Shown piece after piece: positions 49,697-61,603 of a stretch of DNA of 64,000 bases. The translations under genes and the position numbers were made by a program. The stretch spans positions 26,362,954 to 26,426,953 of the forward strand of contig CP154954.1 of the NCBI GenBank assembly GCA_039621445.1, written 5' to 3'. Position 1 is the stretch's first letter. Each line of letters begins with the position of its first letter. The stretch is from Euglena gracilis. Taxonomy: Eukaryota. The notes beneath the pieces are model-generated. The model had not been told where the DNA came from and made no database searches. It saw only the letters and a program-made list of their open reading frames with translations.

Positions 49697-51562
49697 ATCT
49701 CCGCATAATCCGCCATGTCGGGGGCCGCGGCCCCAGAAGACCCGCCAGCTGTGCTAGAAGTGCCGCTGGACAACGTCATCCTCAACAAAAAATTGACTTC
49801 GGTGCTGGACCAAATGGGCCTGGTGGCCCAGAATATGATGCATTTGGCGAGCAAGGTGGAAGCCCTGGCCGACAAGGTGGAGGAAGGTCGACCAGGAAAA
49901 ATAAAAAGACAAGCAGAAGAAGACTATGAAGACTACCTCAGACAAAAGCACCAGAACAAGTACATCCCCCGCCACCTCCGCCACCAGCAACAGCAGCAGC
50001 CTGAGCAGCCCTTACCTCTCCCCTGTCCCCCCCACACACACACCCACACCACCACTCACACACCACACTTTTAATTTCCCAGGGGATGCCTGGAAGGACT
50101 GCCCAGCAACAACAGCAACAGCAACAGCTGCAGCCCCAAATGGGGCCACAAATGGGCAGCCAAATGGGGACCCAGATGGGCATGGGCAGTGCAACAGCCA
50201 ACAACCACCGACCCGCAGCAACTCCCCACCGACCTGCTGCGACAGCTGCTGGTGCAAATCATGTTGCTGCTGTTTGGAAATGTTACAAATGTTACAAATC
50301 AAAATGCCAGCAACATGCCCAATGCTGTCTCACAATTAATGGCCCCCCCCGCTGGAACATTTCGACCCTTTCCTCCACAAGTGCTCCCCCTTGTGCCCTG
50401 CCCTGTGCCCTGCCCAGGCCAAAGGGGGGAGGGGGGGAACAGGAAGTATTTGAGGTCCCAAAAAAGACAGGACCCCCCCCAAATGCAAATGCAAAAAAAT
50501 GCACCACAACACCCCAAATCCAGAGGATTCTGGAAAAATTAAGGACCAGGTCCACACTGGAAAAACAGCAAGTGGAAGAGATAGTGGAGGAAAGAAAAAC
50601 AGCACTAAAGGCTGAACAAGCCAGGGTTGGTAAAACCCAAACCCCAGCTGCCCACAAACTCGGTGACAGCCGCAGACGACTGGTCTGTGCTGTCCTCGAG
50701 GGACGCCTCCATCTGGGGGGAATGGACCGGCCAAAGAAAAATCTACAAAAAAAGCCCTCGTGGATCATTGGCTGGAAAACATCCATATCACTGCGACCCC
50801 CCTTCCCCCTCACCCCCCCGGACGCACCTGGTCTGACCTAGCGGACGATGAGGTCCAGCTCCTCCTGTACGTACCTTGTGCTCTACCCCAGGGAGGGGGG
50901 GAAGTCTCGTGGCTGCTCCTCGCCAAATCATGGGGGACTGGGCGCACCCTGGGCACCCACAAGGCCGGCGGACCCCTCTGGCCCACAGGCCTGTGGCTTG
51001 ACCCCCAAAGACAAAAATGCAATAGGGACGTCCTTCGCTGTGGGGATATCGAAGAAAACCCGGGCCCTTCCTCCAGGGGGCCAGCAGGCCAACCAGCCCC
51101 CCTGACACCGGACGACGTATGGGATGAACTGTACTGGAGTGGCCAGCGCTGGAGGTGGCAACGTCTGCGCACACAGCAGGCCCATCCTCTGCGGTCCCTG
51201 CCCAGGTCGGCCCAGGGACCGAATTTGAGAAATGCCGCCTGTGCTTTCAGCACATCAACCTGTCGTCCCTCTGGGACGTGCAGTCTCATCACTGCCAGGC
51301 AGGTAGACCGTTCGGCAACATCTTTTCGCTCACCACAGTCCGGGAAGACAATTGGCGCTGGGACCTCCAACACCTGGAATCCCTACCAAATGGCGAGTGG
51401 TGGCTGGTCCGCTGCAACGTTTGTGGGTGGTCGACAGAAACCCCTTACCCGGCACCCCTACTGAGCCACATCCAAGTCTCTCTCTGACTTGGAAAGCGAC
51501 TTGGAAGGGGACGATGAACACGACGAAGATGATAACAAGCATGATGACTACTCACACGGCCA
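49669..51562 (+). mobile_element. Family A copy 2, 5' portion (SL, ATG 49715, Q-rich region, 2A-1, zinc fingers; frameshifted)
   Basis: 50323-51562 is colinear with 43972-45233. Confidence 0.9.
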
Positions 51563-51584
51563 TTCTTCTCATTGGGGGCGTTTG

Positions 51585-51660
51585 GCCGGACCAACCTAGC
51601 CGGCCGGCAGACCAACCTAGCCGGCTGGCAGACCAACCTAGCCGACCAGCATGCCGGCTG
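51585..51660 (+). repeat. Short tandem repeat (GACCAACCTAGCCGG..., about 21 bp x3)
   Basis: Direct reading. The adjacent CTGTCCAGCCGTCCGTCCAGATGAAAG recurs at 61564. Confidence 0.7.
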
Positions 51661-52718
51661 TCCAGCCGTCCGTCCAGATGAAAGCCACTGTCGCTAGCCG
51701 CCCGGCTATCCAGACCAAGCAGCACGTACGCCGCACGCAGTGATGGCCGGATAAGAAGTCAATGTGTGCACCGGAGGGTGACTCCGTTCCTCCGGCCCGA
51801 GTGAATGTTCGGACCGAAAAAAAGGCCGCCTGTTGGCTTTAACCCGGAGGAGCTCAGAACAAGGAGACCCCGCCCCAAATAACTTGTGGCCATTGGTTCG
51901 CCTCCTTGAAAATATATCGTCAACAAAACTGGCCCAAAACCTTGCCACCCATCGGTTCCAAAACTGGCCACCACAAACCCTCCAAAACTGACCCACTTGC
52001 CATACTCAGAAACTGCACCTCCCCAATTTATTTAGCTTTCGTGTGTAAAGTGGACTTGTTTCACAGCAAAAAAACACTGTAAGGAACAAAAAAAAGCAAG
52101 TTTCAGAAGAAAAAGAGCATCTCATGATAAAACGTTTCTGGTCAAAATCTGGCACCATCTGGCCCAAAACTGGCCACCACATCTGGCCCAAAACTGGCCA
52201 ACACATGTGGTCCAAAAACTGGCCACCATCTGTGGCACAAAAATCGCCAAAATCTTCGGAATCTTCAAAATCCCTTCACATTTTGCACATTGGCACAATC
52301 TGAACGGGAGCTTTGCAAAAAAAGACCATAGTTCCTCGGTTTCCTTTGGTCTGGGGCTATTTTGTAAACAGAAACAATAAGAAAAGGCAAGAAACCAAAC
52401 ACAGTTCACAGAAACAGACCGACTTAAAGTCAATTCTGCAGCAGTCACAGCATAAGGCCAAATAAGCCCCAGCACTAAGGCTGGAAGCATTGTCCACCAG
52501 GGAACATATACTCTTGCAAATAGTCCTCCACTTCACCTTGGTCCTGTACTTCGACTTACAAGTTGTACTTGAACTTCAAAATTGACAAATTGTACTTGAT
52601 AATCCCAGCTTGTAACGAACCCCGCCAGGGGTCTCAGCCATGACATCGAAAAAACACAAGCAGAAAAGCCACAGTAATTAGGAATAAGTTTACTATCGCG
52701 ATTTTGAGACCAACCTGG

Positions 52719-52743
52719 CTTTCTGAGTGTCTATTTTTTTTCG
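52719..52743 (+). other. Euglenid spliced-leader exon sequence at the 5' end of family B
   Basis: CTTTCTGAGTGTCTATTTTTTTTCG directly after the left TSD. Confidence 0.92.
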
Positions 52744-53029
52744 CCCCGAGTGGGGTCTGAAGTTCAGAAGTACAATTGCCATCAGCAAGCAACCCCAAGG
52801 TTTGAAGAGTGGATTTGAACTACCTGAAGTTCCAACCTACAACTCAAAAGTGCAAATCCGAGATACAGTACAGTACATACAGACACTGGAGTGGTTCATC
52901 TCCTTGAGGAAGCTGCAGCAGCACAACATCATCATCTGCACCAGTTGGATGGAAGTATTATCCCTGTTTCACTATACTTTGCTGTACCACCTGTGCTGTA
53001 ACATAGCGTTCACAGTTCCAACCTGCACT

Positions 53030-53755
53030 GTGGCCCCAGGGCCTTATAAACATTTCACAGAGTTGGCCCCAGGGCCCAAGACTTCAGCCATGATGCTGTC
53101 CAATTTTGCCCCAGGGCCAAACACATTTCAAGCCAAAACTGGCACAGGAAAGTTTTTCACAAATGTGGCCCCAGGGCCCCAGACTTTTGCCATGATGCTG
53201 TTAAATTTTGCCACAGGGATCAACACATTTCCAACCAAACAACACATTTCCAACCAAATGTGGCACAGAAAAGATTTTCACAAATGTCGCCCCAGGGCCC
53301 AAGGCTTTTGCCATGATGCTGTCAAATTTTGCCACAGGGATCAACACACTTCCAACCAAATGTGGCACAGAAAAGTTTTTCACAGATGTGGCCCAAGGGC
53401 CCAAGGCTCCAGCCAAGATGCTGTCCAATTCTGCCCCAGGGCTCAACACATTCCAAGCCAAAACTGGCACAGAAATGTTTTTCATAGATGTGGCCAAAGG
53501 GCCCAAGGCTCCAGCCAAGACGCTGTCCAATTCTGCCCCAGGGCTCAACACTTTCCAAGCCAAAACTGGCACGGAAATGTTTTTCAGAGATGGGGCCCCA
53601 GGGCCCGAGATTTCAGCCAAGATGCTGTCAAATTTTGCCCCAGGGCACAACATATTTCCAGCCAAAACAGGCACGGAAGCAGAAAAGTTTTTCAAAGGTG
53701 TGGCCCGAAGGCCCGAAGCTTTTGTCAGGATGCTGTGGAATGTGGCCCCAGGGCA
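53030..53755 (+). repeat. Coding tandem repeat, 102 bp (34 aa) x about 7
   Basis: Unit resembles VAPGPKxxAxMLSNFAPGxNTFQAKTGTExFFTx. Confidence 0.9.
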
Positions 53756-53843
53756 CGACAGCCACGGACGGCAACCAAACAGGCTGAATATCACAGCAAA
53801 TGACCAGGAAAAAACACGGTCTGAGTACAGTCCCCCCCGTCAT

Positions 53844-53897
53844 GGCAGGGGCGAAAGCCCTGCCAGTTGTGGGGATATTGAAAGAAACCCAGGGCCC
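53844..53897 (+). other. 2A motif of family B: GRGESPASCGDIERNPGP
   Basis: Matches D(V/I)ExNPGP. Confidence 0.8.
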
Positions 53898-54385
53898 ACA
53901 GAAACCCGCCCTCCCCAGCAGGAGGACGTTGAAATGGCCTCAGCCTCGCAGAGCTTTGCGTCGCCGCCGACGGAGCAGCCACTCCTCGGATCTTGGTTTC
54001 CAATGCACTCGACGCCGCTGTTCTCGCCTGCTTTGCCCCAGGCTATAATGCCGCTTCCCAGTTTGAACGGGGGCCCCGGGACACCTTCAGCAGAACAAAC
54101 CATGGTCATTGACGAACTAGAGTCCCGGGTGCGCTCAGCGATTTCCGAAATTCACGGGTGTGGGCCACAGGGCCACGGGTTAATCGGGAATTTTGCGCCA
54201 TCTCCACCACAAGGGCAGGAGCAGGAGCGCCTAAATGGTCGAAGACAGCAGCCCCCCGTGGTTCCAGCACCAGCGCAATCCTCGACGAGCGCTGATCCGC
54301 TGCAAGTCACTCCCTTCTCGCAACCTTGCCCACCACTGCAACCATCCTGGGAAGAGATTTCCCAAGACACACGGGGCACCTTGGT

Positions 54386-55880
54386 CAAGACTGGGCATTC
54401 AATTCGCTCGTGAAATTTTTCCATCGTGAAATTTATGTCCGGCCGTTGAAAATTTCACGCATTTTTTCAAAAATTTCACTCGTCCTTAGTATGGAAGACG
54501 TATGTCCTTCGTTGTCCCTATTGCACGCAATGAAGATTTGCGTTCCGCTCGTGCATGCGACGCAGGGGGTCTCCAGTTCTTTTTCCAAATACGTTGACAA
54601 GCCCCCCCCACCAAAGCTGGCCATGGCCCAAAATTGGCAAGCACCTGTGACCCAAAACTGGCCAGCACCCGAGCCCAAAACTGGCCAGCACCCGTGGCCC
54701 AAAACTGGCCAGCACCCGTGGCCCAAAACTGGCCAGCACCTGTGGCCCAAAACTGGCCAGCACCCGTGGCAGCACCCGTGGCCAAAAACTGGCCAGCACT
54801 TGTGGCCAAAAACTGGCCAGCACCCGTGGCCAAAAACTGGCCAGCACTTGTGGCCAAAAACTGGCCAACACCTGTGGCCAAAAACTGGCCAGCACCATCT
54901 GTGGCCCAAAACTGGCCAGCACCTGTGGCCCAAAACTGGCCAGCACCCGTGGCAGCACCCGTGGCCAAAAACTGGCCAGCACTTGTGGCCAAAAACTGGC
55001 CAACACCTGTGGCCAAAAACTGGCCAGCACCATCTGTGGCCCAAAACTGGCCAGCACCTGTGCTGGCCACCACTAGTGGCCCAAAATTGGCCAACAAAAC
55101 AACAAATCAGAATGCACCAGATTACCATTTTGAAAACAAAACGGACAGACAAACAAAAACCTTCAATCCCAGTCACGGCAATCACAGCAGAATCAGAAAA
55201 TACACGCATTGTCTCTGATGGTTGCAATAAAAACAAAATGGAGCAGTTTTGCAGGGACATGCTCAGGTCCAGATTATCAATGTTTCCAAAGGCTCATCAT
55301 CATGTGCTTCCAATGACCTCATTGCCCAAGCATATACTTCAACAACTGTGAGATCTGTGAGAGAAAAATGAAAATTCACTGACAGAATTGTTTGGCAAAC
55401 CTTTGTCATGGGGAGCTTGGCAATACAAAACCAACACAAAGTTTTCACCAGTGTCTCATCCACTTTCTTTCGCATCTGCACCAGACTGTCCACAATGTCC
55501 AAAGTGATGTAGCCAGTGGCTTTCCCAAAACGTTCGGATAACACAACGTCGAACTGTTTATGAAGTTGAACTCCACTGCCACTCTTTCAATCCTCCAGAA
55601 GCCTTCTGCATATCATCCCAGTGAACAATAATTGCAACAAACATTTGTGACAACAATTGAAATTGAAACTCCGTCTCCTTCAGGATCTGCAATGAGCGTT
55701 TCCGGGCCACCCGACCGCTTGTCCGAAATGTTCATGAGAGAAAAATGGACGCTCAGAAGGAACGGCCGCTTGGGTATTTCCTAGTAGGATTCTCCTATTT
55801 TTTCAATGAAAATATTGAAATTTTTGAAAATTTTGAAATTTTCTGAAAAAATAAAAAATCCTGAAATTTGCCCAGTCTTG
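54386..55880. mobile_element. hAT-like non-autonomous element with an internal minisatellite
   Basis: TIR CAAGACTGGGCA and 8-bp TSD ACCTTGGT. Confidence 0.88.
54620..55095 (+). repeat. Minisatellite of about 24 bp (TGGCCCAAAACTGGCCAGCACC.G)
   Basis: About 17 units; related units at 51925-51995 and 52150-52235. Confidence 0.92.
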
Positions 55881-56416
55881 ACCTTGGTCCATATCCCACG
55901 GGGAGCTTTGCGAACCGTTGGGCTCGCCTTTTGCAGCATCCTCGGTCGCTTTGTGTCAAAGCAAGGTTGGGAGACCCTGCACGCACTTTGGTGCTTCCCA
56001 AAAGCCGTGCTTGCTCCATTGAAGCGGAGCGGGAAAAGCCATTGGGCTGCAGTTGGACGGAAAATTACCGACAGGGCCAATGCCTACCTCAACTGGTCCA
56101 CAGAAGTTTCGTGGAATGAGACGCGCCAAATTCGCGCTGCACAAAACCCAAAGAAGAGAACACGAAGTCAGACAAAAAATTTCCCCGCTGAAAGCCAAGA
56201 AAGGTTGTGCAACCGTGTTCAAAGCCTTGTCAGCCATGGGGCGGTCAGCAAAGCCTGCCGCATGCTGACTTCTGATGGAATCCAAGATGCAGATGACCCG
56301 CTGATCTTGGAACGGTTGGCTGCCTTGCACCCTCCTGAACCCCAACCTGGAAGGCAAAATTTGCCTCCGGACTTCCCGCGCCTCGAATTCGACCTGAGTG
56401 AAGATGCAACCAGGGA

Positions 56417-57936
56417 GGCGCAAGGCGGTAGACTGGGGGGGGGGGGGTAGTGGGTAGTCGGCCGACTAGTCGGCCGACTACCCAATTGGTCCACCGACTA
56501 GTCCTAGTCGGTAGCTAGTCGGCGAGACAGGGGGGGGGGGGGGTAGTGGGTAGTCGGCCAACTAGTCGGCCGACTACCCACTCTAATGTACTAACGGGTC
56601 AAAACCGCCGACTTTTAAGCCCCCCCCCCCATGAACAAAATCCAATGCAATCTAGTCGGTGGCTAGTCGGCGGTCATAAAAATGGTCTGTGGCGGGCCCA
56701 AATCACCCGGAAATGGTCCGGATGGGTCCAAATAAGTGTCTTACGCCTAAATAAACACCCCCAGATGGAAATCTTTGGTCAGTGGGGGGTCGGTGGGCCC
56801 TTGATGGGGGTCCGGAGGGGTAAAGAACCAATGATGAAACAGGGATTACATTAAAATCCTTTAGAAATGCAATCTGCAATCTGCGTTTTGCATCACGAGA
56901 GGCAGAAAACTCCCCCCTCCACGCCAATCCGAGACTCAAATAACAAAATCCCTTCTGTGTTGGCAACGTACTCGGGGGCTAAGTCGTTTTTGTGGCTCAC
57001 TTTGGCATAGGCGGGGGGGCTCCGCCCCCCCGCACCCCCCCCCTCAAATAACAAAATCCCTTCTGTGTTTGCAACATACTCGGGGGCTAAGTCGTTTTTG
57101 TGGCTCACTTTGGCATAGGCGGGGGGGGCTCCGCCCCCCCCGCACCCCCCCCCCCCCTCAAATAACAAAATCCCTTCTGTGTTGGCAACATACTCGGGGG
57201 CTAAGTCGTTTTTGTGGCTCATTTTGGCATAGGCGGGGGGGGCTCCGCCCCCCCCGCACCCCCCCCCTCAAATAACAAAATCCCTTCTGTGTTTGCAACA
57301 TACTCGGGGGCTAAGTCGTTTTTGTGGCTCACTTTGGCATAGGCGGGGGGGGCTCCCGCCCCCCCCGCACCCCCCCCCTCAAATAACAAAATCCCTTCTG
57401 TGTTTGCAACATACTCGGGGGCTAAGTCGTTTTTGTGGCTCACTTTGGCATAGGCGGGGGGGGCTCCGCCCCCCCCGCACCCCCCCCCCTCAAATAACAA
57501 AATCCCTTCTATGTTGGCTATAGACTTGGGGGATAAGACCCTTTTTTTGTGCAAATTTTGACTTATACTGAAAATTCAATGGGGAGAGGAGTACTTTTGT
57601 CAAAAGTGGCCCAAAATGGACATTTTCCCCCAATTTTTTTGCATATTCACCCCCGATTGGGGGGTTCTGGAGCCATTTGGGTCGGTTTTGACCGGAGTTG
57701 AGGTGATTTAGACATTTTTTTTTACCAGGGGGGGGGGGCTTAAAAGTCGGCGGTTTTGACCCGTTAGTACATTAGAGTGGGTAGTCGGCCGACTAGTCGG
57801 CCGACTACCCACCACCCCCCCGCCGACTAGCCACCGACCAATTAGTCGGCCGACTAGTCGGTGGACCAATTGGGTAGTCGGCCGACTAGTCGGCCGACTA
57901 CCCACTACCCCCCCCCCCAGTCTACCGTTTGGCACT
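56417..57936. mobile_element. Mutator-like non-autonomous element
   Basis: Long TIRs (GGTAGACTGGG...GTAGTCGGCCGACTAG) and 9-bp TSD AACCAGGGA. Confidence 0.85.
56935..57520 (+). repeat. Tandem repeat of about 110 bp, 5+ units
   Basis: Unit CTCAAATAACAAAATCCCTTCTGTG...GGCATAGGCGGG... Confidence 0.92.
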
Positions 57937-59452
57937 AACCAGGGAGCGCCTGATTGAAATACGGAAAGCAGTCATGTCTTTCCCGAAGGAATCCTCGCCA
58001 GGACCGTCTGGACTTCGGCCAGATCATCTTAAAGACATGCTCTCTGATCCTCTGGGGACACAATCAGATCAACTCCTCACAATTCTGGAGCAATTCGTCC
58101 GAACATGTTTGACCAACGGAATCCACAACTCTGCGGCTTGGATTTTCGCTGGTGCCCGTCTGACTCCTCTTCGAAAACCCTGCAATCCAAGCGAAAACCT
58201 CGATGAGCTTGGCAATACCAACGCCATTCCTGACCCAAAGAAGGATGGCACGCGACCAATTGCAGCTGGGGAATGCCTGCGCCGATTGGTGGGCAAATAT
58301 TTGATGAGACACCCCAAAATCAGGGACCGCCTAAAAGAACTGCAGCCACTACAATGCGGTGTAGGGATCCAGGGGGCATGTGAACTCATTGCCATGGGAC
58401 TGCAGCAAGAAGTAAATCACCTGCATATGCAACAAGACAACACCTGGGCTTTGCTACAGGTAGATTTCAGCAATGCTTTTAATTGCGTAAAAAGAAAGAC
58501 AGTCCTTGCTGAAGTGGCCAAACGCTGCCCGGAGGCGTATGTTTGGTTCGAGAGCTGCTACGCCGAACACAGCCCGCTCTTTTGTGGGTCATCACACCTT
58601 CGCAGTGCTTCTGGTGTACAACAAGGTGACCCTTGTGGCCCAGCCGGATTCGCCTTGGCGTTACAATCTCTCGTTGAGTCCTTGCAAGACGTGGTGCCAC
58701 TGCAATTGTGGTATTTGGATGATGGACACATCCTGGGAACCCTCCCACAATTACATGAAGCAATTACAGAAATCCAACGACAGGGGACGCTACTAGGCAT
58801 ACACCTCAACGCAAAAAAATGCCGCCTGTGGGGACCTGCAGCAACAGAAGCCAATCGTGCTGAAATGCCGCCAAACAGCCCACTTCGTGCAGTCCCAATC
58901 GTGAACTACTCCCCCGATTCTGGTATACGTGCCTTGGGAATCCCGGTTTGCCATCCACAAAGCGGTGGCTTTGCGGGGGAAGTGTGGGCTGAACGTGCAA
59001 CAGGTGTGCAGAAAGCTTGCCGGGCCCTTTTGAACCTGCCGCAAGCCCATATTCAGTTCTGCCTTTTGCGATCTTGCCTAGATGCATGCAAAGTTAACGA
59101 CCTCATGCGTGCAACAGAACTGGGGCAGGCAAAAGACGCATGTGCACTGCTGACTAAAGAAATCAGGAACACATTGAGCAACATTGTTGGATCCCCAATC
59201 GATGACAACCAATGGGCTCAGGCCACCCTGCCCGCGCGTCATGGCGGACTCGGAATTCGGGACCCATCGCTGGAACGTCTCCCAGCACGCATATCCGGCA
59301 TTGTGACATTTGTCAGCAATGGCAGACGCACCTTGGGCCTGGCAGACCGAGGAGTACCGAAAGACACTGCGGAGTGCTTGTTCTCTGCCAACTCCATCCT
59401 CGAAGGAACGCCCCCAACGGAAACATGGGCCGCGGATGTATCACTCCTGAAC

Positions 59453-60114
59453 TAAGGTTGTTTCGATTAATCGATTTTTTGATTAATCGTTCGCCACCCC
59501 TTGATTAATCGTTCATTCGGCCAGGGGGTGATTAATCGAAATAATCGGTCTTCCCAAGGAAACCATTGAAAAAGCAGTGCAAGAAAACACTTGGGATTGA
59601 TCATTTTGGAGGCTCTGTCTCACAGAAATGTCACTGTGTGTTGCTTTCTTTTGGGGGAGACCCGTTAGGAAACAAACGACGCACAGACATCAGAGCACAG
59701 ATGGAAGAGTCATCCAGCTTAGCGCGCAAGTCGCTATGCAGGAGACTCTGGTGAGAAAAACTGCGCTCAACACAAGCTTCTGAAACACCAAGGCTGAAAA
59801 TTGCAATGGCAACTTTGGCCAAAATCGGCACATGCAAAGCAACCGCCTCCTAAAATTGCACAGGCTGAGGAAGTGGCCGAGCAGTGATGCCCAAAGGGCC
59901 ATTTCGGGTCACCCATTGCCCCACCTCCCGTTTAAGCTGTGGCAAAATATCTTTTTTCAAAACATTATTTTTCAAGGGAAATGAAGTGTTTGTTGGTCAT
60001 CATAATGCTAGGAACCCAAAGGGGGCATTAATCGTTCGGTAATCGTTCGCCACCCCCCGATTAATCGGCATTAATCGTTCGGTGCCGTCGATTAAGATTA
60101 ATCGTCCAACCTTA
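59453..60114 (-). mobile_element. Internally deleted hAT transposon retaining a dimerisation-domain fragment
   Basis: TIR TAAGGTTG..CGATTAATC and TSD CCTGAAC (7 bp). 59631-59837 reads PILAKVAIAIFS...SEACVERSFS.....H...R..L. Confidence 0.88.
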
Positions 60115-61460
60115 CCTGAACGAAGCCCAAAGCCCTCACATTCAACAGAAGTGGTGGGGTGAATGCTTTGCGAAACAACGACAAAAGGCATTATCTTCCA
60201 ACCTTCACGGTCAAGACGCCGTCCGGTTCGCAAGCCAACAACGGCCCCACGCAATGGCCTGGGCTTCTGTCTCACCATCCTCTGGACTGAAAACATTGGT
60301 CGCATCTGCCGAATTCAAAGGCTTTCTAAAGTGGTCACTGGGAGCACCAGTATGCCCACCAACGGGATCTACGTGCCCACGCTGCTCCAAGCCAATGGAC
60401 AACCTGGGTAATCACCTTGTATGCTGCAGCTCAAATGGCATCACGCGGCGACACGGTGCGATCCAGGACTTTGTGTTCCAATTGGCACATGATGCCGGGT
60501 TTACAGCAAAAAAAGAACAAGGTGGTCCAGAGAGAACACGCCCGGGCGATGTTCTCATCAGCAGACTTGACGCCAATGGTCCTGGAGCAGTGGATATCAC
60601 AGTGAGACACACAGCAGCACCATACAGACCGTTGCGTGACACAGCCGAACTAACCGAATGGTATGAACGCCAAGAGAAGGAAAAGCATTCAAAATATGAC
60701 GCCACCTGTAGGAGGCTGGGATGGACCTGCATCCCATTCGTTGTCGACTGCTATGGCGGCCTAGGCCAAGAAGCGCTAACCCTAATGTCAACACTGATGA
60801 AGCTTCTCCTCGGTCAACAAGATGCATGGTCAAAACGCAAAACTGAAGCCAACACATGGCAACTTCTATCAATAACTGTTGCGCGAGAGATCGCGCGACA
60901 AGTAATCTGGGGACGGTATGCAGGTAACGACACAGATCCAGAAGCAACAAACACCATACACCAGCCGTACTGTCTGTAAAGAAGACCATTGTGATCCCTG
61001 GTCCCAGAGTAAATAATTCACCTAAGACCATCCACAACTCTTCATCAAGCAAACAACCATACCCAATCATCCATAACCTGTGCCTCACATTGGCAAGACA
61101 AGTGGCCCGCCAGCCGGCATGGGGAACTATGGCGGTACCTACCTGGAGCGGTGGATCCCACCACCCAAAGCCAATACGAATTGGAGTGAGCAATTTGACC
61201 AACCGCTCTCCCACCCCATCCCTCCAAACAAAAACAAAAAAAAACCACAAGCACACACACACCACACACACACACACACACACACCAGCCACCACGCCCC
61301 CCGCCTCTCACCCCCAACGCACCTCACACAACATCCGCCAAGCTTCCCCTCGCCCCTCCGTCTTACCTGCTACCAAGGCCGCTCGTCTTTACACTCCCTC
61401 ACCTGTACCTCGGACTGCCCGCTGATTCCGCTTCTGTATATAGCCCTACCCCTGAACACT

Positions 61461-61513
61461 CAAATCCAGTAGGCTGTGCCACTGGTCGGTGGACTCGGCT
61501 CGCCCCACCACCG
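61461..61513 (+). other. Conserved 3'-terminal double-hairpin element of family B
   Basis: 51/53 identical to 49572-49624. Confidence 0.8.
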
Positions 61514-61603
61514 GTTTCAGTGAATCCAACCTGGCCATCCGTCCGTCCAGACCAAAATGCACCCTGTCCAGCCGTCCGTCCAGATGAAAGGAATTTTCTC
61601 TAG

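Larger units (their letters stand above)
52949..60979 (+). pseudogene. Family B polyprotein (about 1436 aa reconstructed): repeat domain / 2A / RT, zinc knuckle, RLE
   Basis: Joining 52949-54385, 55889-56416, 57946-59452 and 60122-60979 and removing a 19-nt duplication (53221-53258) gives one frame. Motifs VDFSNAFN, QGDPCGP, WYLDDG, CPRC..NHLVC, RHG, RPGD, VDIT, KHSKY. Confidence 0.9.
52719..61525 (+). mobile_element. CRE-like RLE non-LTR retrotransposon, family B, full length, with three nested DNA elements
   Basis: 10-bp TSD CCAACCTGGC (52710-52719 and 61526-61535); SL at the 5' end; shared 3' hairpin. Confidence 0.92.

Noticed and set aside
49669-49760. Genuine SL RNA gene
   Set aside because: The exon is followed by ATCT (and by CCCC at 52744), not a GT donor; no Sm site; it leads into an ORF.
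54326-55351. Repeat-protein genes (WPKTGQH and other frames)
   Set aside because: The ORFs are open in several frames on both strands because of a stop-poor minisatellite inside an insertion.
56935-57520. CRISPR-like array
   Set aside because: Units are contiguous near-identical repeats with no unique spacers, no cas genes, and they lie inside a TIR element.
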